Shown piece after piece: positions 60,658 through 64,000 of a stretch of 64,000 nucleotides of DNA; the first letter of the stretch is position 1; each line of letters opens with the position of its first letter. Made by a program: the position numbers and the translations under genes. Source of the DNA: Flavobacteriales bacterium (GTDB taxonomy: Bacteria > Bacteroidota > Bacteroidia > Flavobacteriales_F > PHOS-HE28); NCBI GenBank assembly GCA_019912395.1, contig JAIOIH010000085.1, positions 1,353 through 65,352 of the forward strand, read 5' to 3'. The notes beneath the pieces were generated by a model. That model worked only from the letters and a program-made list of their open reading frames with translations. It was not told the origin of the DNA and made no database searches.

Positions 60658-61350
60658 ATGGCACAATTGACCAAAAAGCGCAAGGCTGTCGCAGCCAAGT
60701 TCGAGGCCGACAAGGCATACGACCTGGGAGATGCGATCAAGCTCGTGAAAGAGGTGACCACCACCAAGTTCGATGCTACGGTGGACATCGCCGTCCGCCT
60801 TGGGGTGGACCCCAAGAAGAGCACTGAAATGGTGCGTGGTACCGTAAGCCTGCCCCATGGCACCGGCCGCACGGTTCGCGTACTGGTGCTGGCCGATCCG
60901 GCCAAGGCCGAGGAAGCCCTCGCCGCCGGTGCGGATATGGCCGGGCTGGACGAGTACGTGGAAAAGATCAAGAACGGCTGGACGGACGTGGACGTGATCA
61001 TCTGCACGCCAAACGTGATGGCGAAGGTGGGTGCGTTGGGCCGGATCCTCGGACCCCGCGGCCTGATGCCGAACCCCAAGACCGGTACCGTGACCATGGA
61101 CGTGGCCAAGGCTACCCAAGAGGTGAAAGCTGGCAAGATCGATTTCAAGGTGGACAAGGCCGGCATCATCCACGCGGTGATCGGCAAGGCCTCCTTCGAT
61201 GCCGGGAAGCTCACGGAGAATGCCATGGAGTTGCTCCAGGCCCTGGTGAAGCTCAAGCCGAGCACGGCCAAGGGCACCTACGTGATGAGCATTTTCATCA
61301 GCAGCACCATGGGACCCGGCATTAAAGTAGATACCCGCGTAGTGGGATAA
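60658..61350 (+). CDS. rplA: 50S ribosomal protein L1
   Basis: [33 protein letters not shown]. Confidence 0.99.
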   Translation: MAQLTKKRKAVAAKFEADKAYDLGDAIKLVKEVTTTKFDATVDIAVRLGVDPKKSTEMVRGTVSLPHGTGRTVRVLVLADPAKAEEALAAGADMAGLDEYVEKIKNGWTDVDVIICTPNVMAKVGALGRILGPRGLMPNPKTGTVTMDVAKATQEVKAGKIDFKVDKAGIIHAVIGKASFDAGKLTENAMELLQALVKLKPSTAKGTYVMSIFISSTMGPGIKVDTRVVG

Positions 61351-61393
61351 AAGGTCACGGGCGCAGGACCTTGCGCCCCAACGAAAAAAGAAA

Positions 61394-61924
61394 ATGGCAA
61401 CCCGCGCAGAAAAAGACCAAGCCATCACCGAGCTGATCGGTGAGATCGAAAGCACCAATGTGCTGTACCTCACCGACGCCAGTTCCATGAGCGCCGAGAG
61501 CACCAGTGATCTCCGTCGTGCCTGCCACAAGGGCGGCATCCGCATGAAGGTGGTGAAGAACACCCTGCTTCGCAAGGCGATGGAAGGTGTGGAGGGCAAG
61601 GACTACAGTGAGCTCTATCCCACGATCGTGGGACAAACCGCGATCCTCTTCGCCGAAAAGGGCAACGCCCCGGCAAAGCTGATCAAGGACTTCCGCAAGA
61701 AAGGCACACGACCGGCGCTGAAGAGCGCTTGGATCGATCAGGCCGTGTTCATCGGTGACGACCAACTGGTGATGCTCAGCGAGCTGAAGGGCCGCGAAGA
61801 ACTCATCGGCGATATCATCGGATTGCTGCAAAGCCCGATGAAGAACGTGATCAGCGCCCTGCAAGGTGGCGGTGGGCACAAGATCGCCGGTCTGGTGAAG
61901 GCACTCCAAGAAAGAGCCGCATAA
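61394..61924 (+). CDS. rplJ: 50S ribosomal protein L10
   Basis: LRR...VVKNTL; position in the operon. Confidence 0.96.
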   Translation: MATRAEKDQAITELIGEIESTNVLYLTDASSMSAESTSDLRRACHKGGIRMKVVKNTLLRKAMEGVEGKDYSELYPTIVGQTAILFAEKGNAPAKLIKDFRKKGTRPALKSAWIDQAVFIGDDQLVMLSELKGREELIGDIIGLLQSPMKNVISALQGGGGHKIAGLVKALQERAA

Positions 61925-62016
61925 AAAAGAGAGTAAGGGCGCCAGATCTCGCGCCCCGACCAAACGCGTTACGCACACGATAGCTTCCCAACAACCGTAA
62001 GTAACAAAAACAAAAG

Positions 62017-62394
62017 ATGGCAGACATCAAGAACCTGGGCGACCAGCTCGTAGGACTCACCGTAAAGGAAGTGAGCGAATTGGCCGACTACCTCAAGGAA
62101 GAGTACAAGATCGAACCGGCCGCGGCCGCAGTAGCAATGGCGGCCCCCGCCGCAGGTGGAGGCGGCGATGCCGCGGAAGCCCAGACCAGCTTCGACGTGA
62201 TCCTCAAGTCCGGTGGACAGAGCAAGCTCGCCGTGGTGAAACTGGTGAAGGAACTCACCGGTCTCGGACTGAAGGAGGCCAAGGACCTTGTTGACGGTGC
62301 TCCCAAGCCCATCAAGGAAGGCGTGTCCAAGGAGGACGCCGAGAACCTGAAACAGCAACTGACGGAAGCCGGGGCGGAAGTTGAGGTCAAGTAA
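62017..62394 (+). CDS. rplL: 50S ribosomal protein L7/L12
   Basis: Ala-rich hinge, [24 protein letters not shown]. Confidence 0.99.
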   Translation: MADIKNLGDQLVGLTVKEVSELADYLKEEYKIEPAAAAVAMAAPAAGGGGDAAEAQTSFDVILKSGGQSKLAVVKLVKELTGLGLKEAKDLVDGAPKPIKEGVSKEDAENLKQQLTEAGAEVEVK

Positions 62395-62408
62395 GCCCAT
62401 CCGATCCG

Positions 62409-62470
62409 AAGGACAGCGAAGGCCGGGTGTGCCGCCACAAGCGGCAACACCCGGCCCATCGGGTCCTTTT
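62409..62470 (+). terminator. Putative rplL-rpoB attenuator hairpin
   Basis: GGCCGGGTGT-GCCGC...GCGGC-AACACCCGGCC stem enclosed by AAGGAC/GTCCTTTT. Confidence 0.5.
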
Positions 62471-62565
62471 GCCCATTGACGGGCACACCAACAACCCCAT
62501 GTACCGGGGGCTTTTCAGGTACCAGTAGGTCGTCGGTCGTTCGATAATTCCCCAGCATTCCCATC

Positions 62566-64000
62566 ATGGCCCAGACGAAGTCCCTCCCGCGCAAGAACAA
62601 CAAGCGCATCGATTTCGGTTCCACTTTCCTTCCGGCTGATTATCCGGATTTCCTTGACATCCAGCTGAAGAGCTTTGAGGAGTTCTTCCAGATCGAGACC
62701 CTCCCCGAGAACCGGGAACGCGAGGGCCTCTACAAGGTGTTCATGGAGAACTTTCCCATCACGGACACCCGGAACCAGTTCGTGCTCGAATTCCTCGATT
62801 ACTTCATTGACCCACCGCGGTACAGCATCGACGAGTGCGTCGAACGCGGCCTTACGTACAGCGTTCCGCTGAAGGCCAAGTTGAAGCTCTATTGCACCGA
62901 CCCGGAGCACGAGGATTTCGAGACCATCGTGCAGGACGTTTACCTGGGCCAGATCCCCTACATGACGCCCAAGGGCGCCTTTGTGGTGAACGGCGCGGAG
63001 CGCGTGATCGTGAGCCAGCTGCACCGCAGTCCCGGCGTGTTCTTCGGCCAGAGCCGCCACGCCAACGGAACCAAGCTGTACAGTGCCCGCGTGATCCCCT
63101 TCAAGGGTTCCTGGATCGAATTCGCCACCGATATCAACGGGGTGATGTACGCCTACATCGACAGGAAGAAGAAACTGCCGGTGACCACGCTATTGCGTTC
63201 CATCGGGTTCGAGAGCGACAAGCAGATCCTGGAGATCTTCGGCCTGGCCGACGAGATCAAGGTGACCAAGGCCAGCCTGAAGGAGGCTGTTGGACGCAAG
63301 CTGGCCGCCCGCGTGCTGAAGAGCTGGGTGGAGGATTTCGTGGACGAGGACACTGGGGAGGTGGTCTCCATCGAACGCAACGAAGTGCTGATCGACCGCG
63401 AAACGATCCTCGAGGAGGAGCACGTGGAACTGATCGCCGAGAGCGGTGCGAAGACCATCATCCTGCACAAGCTGGGGGTGAACGCGGCCGATTACGCACT
63501 GATCTACAACACCCTGCAGAAGGACACCTCCAACTCCGAGAAGGAGGCCGTGGAAGTGATCTACCGCCAACTGCGCAACGCCGAACCACCTGACCTGGAA
63601 ACGGCGCGCAGCGTGATCGACAAGCTGTTCTTCAGTGAGCAGCGCTATGACCTCGGCGAAGTGGGCCGCTACCGCATCAACAAGAAGTTGGGCCTGGAGA
63701 GCGAGCTCAGTGTGCGGGTGCTCACCAAGGAGGACATCATCGCGATCATCCGCTACCTCATCGAGCTGGTGAACTCGAAGGCGGACGTGGACGACATCGA
63801 CCACCTGAGCAATCGCCGCGTACGCACCGTGGGCGAGCAGCTCTTCAGCCAGTTCGGCGTGGGCCTGGCCCGCATGGCGCGCACCATCCGCGAGCGCATG
63901 AACGTGAGGGACAATGAAGTGTTCACCCCGACCGACCTGATCAACGCCAAGACCCTTAGCTCGGTGATCAATTCGTTCTTCGGGACGAACCAGCTGAGCC
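62566..64000 (+). CDS. rpoB: RNA polymerase beta subunit (5' part, runs off the window)
   Basis: Read by hand: [19 protein letters not shown]...[12 protein letters not shown]...[19 protein letters not shown]...[12 protein letters not shown]. Confidence 0.99.
   Translation, partial: MAQTKSLPRKNNKRIDFGSTFLPADYPDFLDIQLKSFEEFFQIETLPENREREGLYKVFMENFPITDTRNQFVLEFLDYFIDPPRYSIDECVERGLTYSVPLKAKLKLYCTDPEHEDFETIVQDVYLGQIPYMTPKGAFVVNGAERVIVSQLHRSPGVFFGQSRHANGTKLYSARVIPFKGSWIEFATDINGVMYAYIDRKKKLPVTTLLRSIGFESDKQILEIFGLADEIKVTKASLKEAVGRKLAARVLKSWVEDFVDEDTGEVVSIERNEVLIDRETILEEEHVELIAESGAKTIILHKLGVNAADYALIYNTLQKDTSNSEKEAVEVIYRQLRNAEPPDLETARSVIDKLFFSEQRYDLGEVGRYRINKKLGLESELSVRVLTKEDIIAIIRYLIELVNSKADVDDIDHLSNRRVRTVGEQLFSQFGVGLARMARTIRERMNVRDNEVFTPTDLINAKTLSSVINSFFGTNQLS

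Overview
64 kb of core chromosome from a high-GC Bacteroidota bacterium, probably Flavobacteriales-like (inferred from TAnnTTTG/TAnnTTCG promoter motifs, T9SS C-terminal sorting domains and the rpsU-xerC-hpf-tRNA-tuf-secE-nusG-rplKAJL-rpoB gene order). Most of it is housekeeping: typA, smpB, lemA, valS, holA, amn, pyrF, ppx, 7 tRNAs and the ribosomal protein/rpoB cluster, plus several secreted or T9SS proteins. I found no CRISPR array, transposase or prophage. The unusual signals are mostly non-coding. (1) A MarR gene has a 20-bp palindrome (AGTTGCATGGCCATGCAACT) over its putative promoter and three more perfect copies about 150 bp apart in the gene-free region downstream. (2) A tandemly duplicated 168-bp REPIN-like structured element sits between direct repeats downstream of tRNA-Arg, next to a truncated Hsp15-like gene and an AT-rich segment. 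(3) An orphan AT-rich ORF has integron-cassette-like GTTGGTGGC...GCCACCAAC ends. (4) Short-period (7-10 bp) inverted tandem repeats and GTAG-type REP hairpins are dense, and one repeat lies in-frame inside valS. (5) ppx probably starts at a non-canonical ATC. All product calls come from my recognition of motifs, not from database searches.
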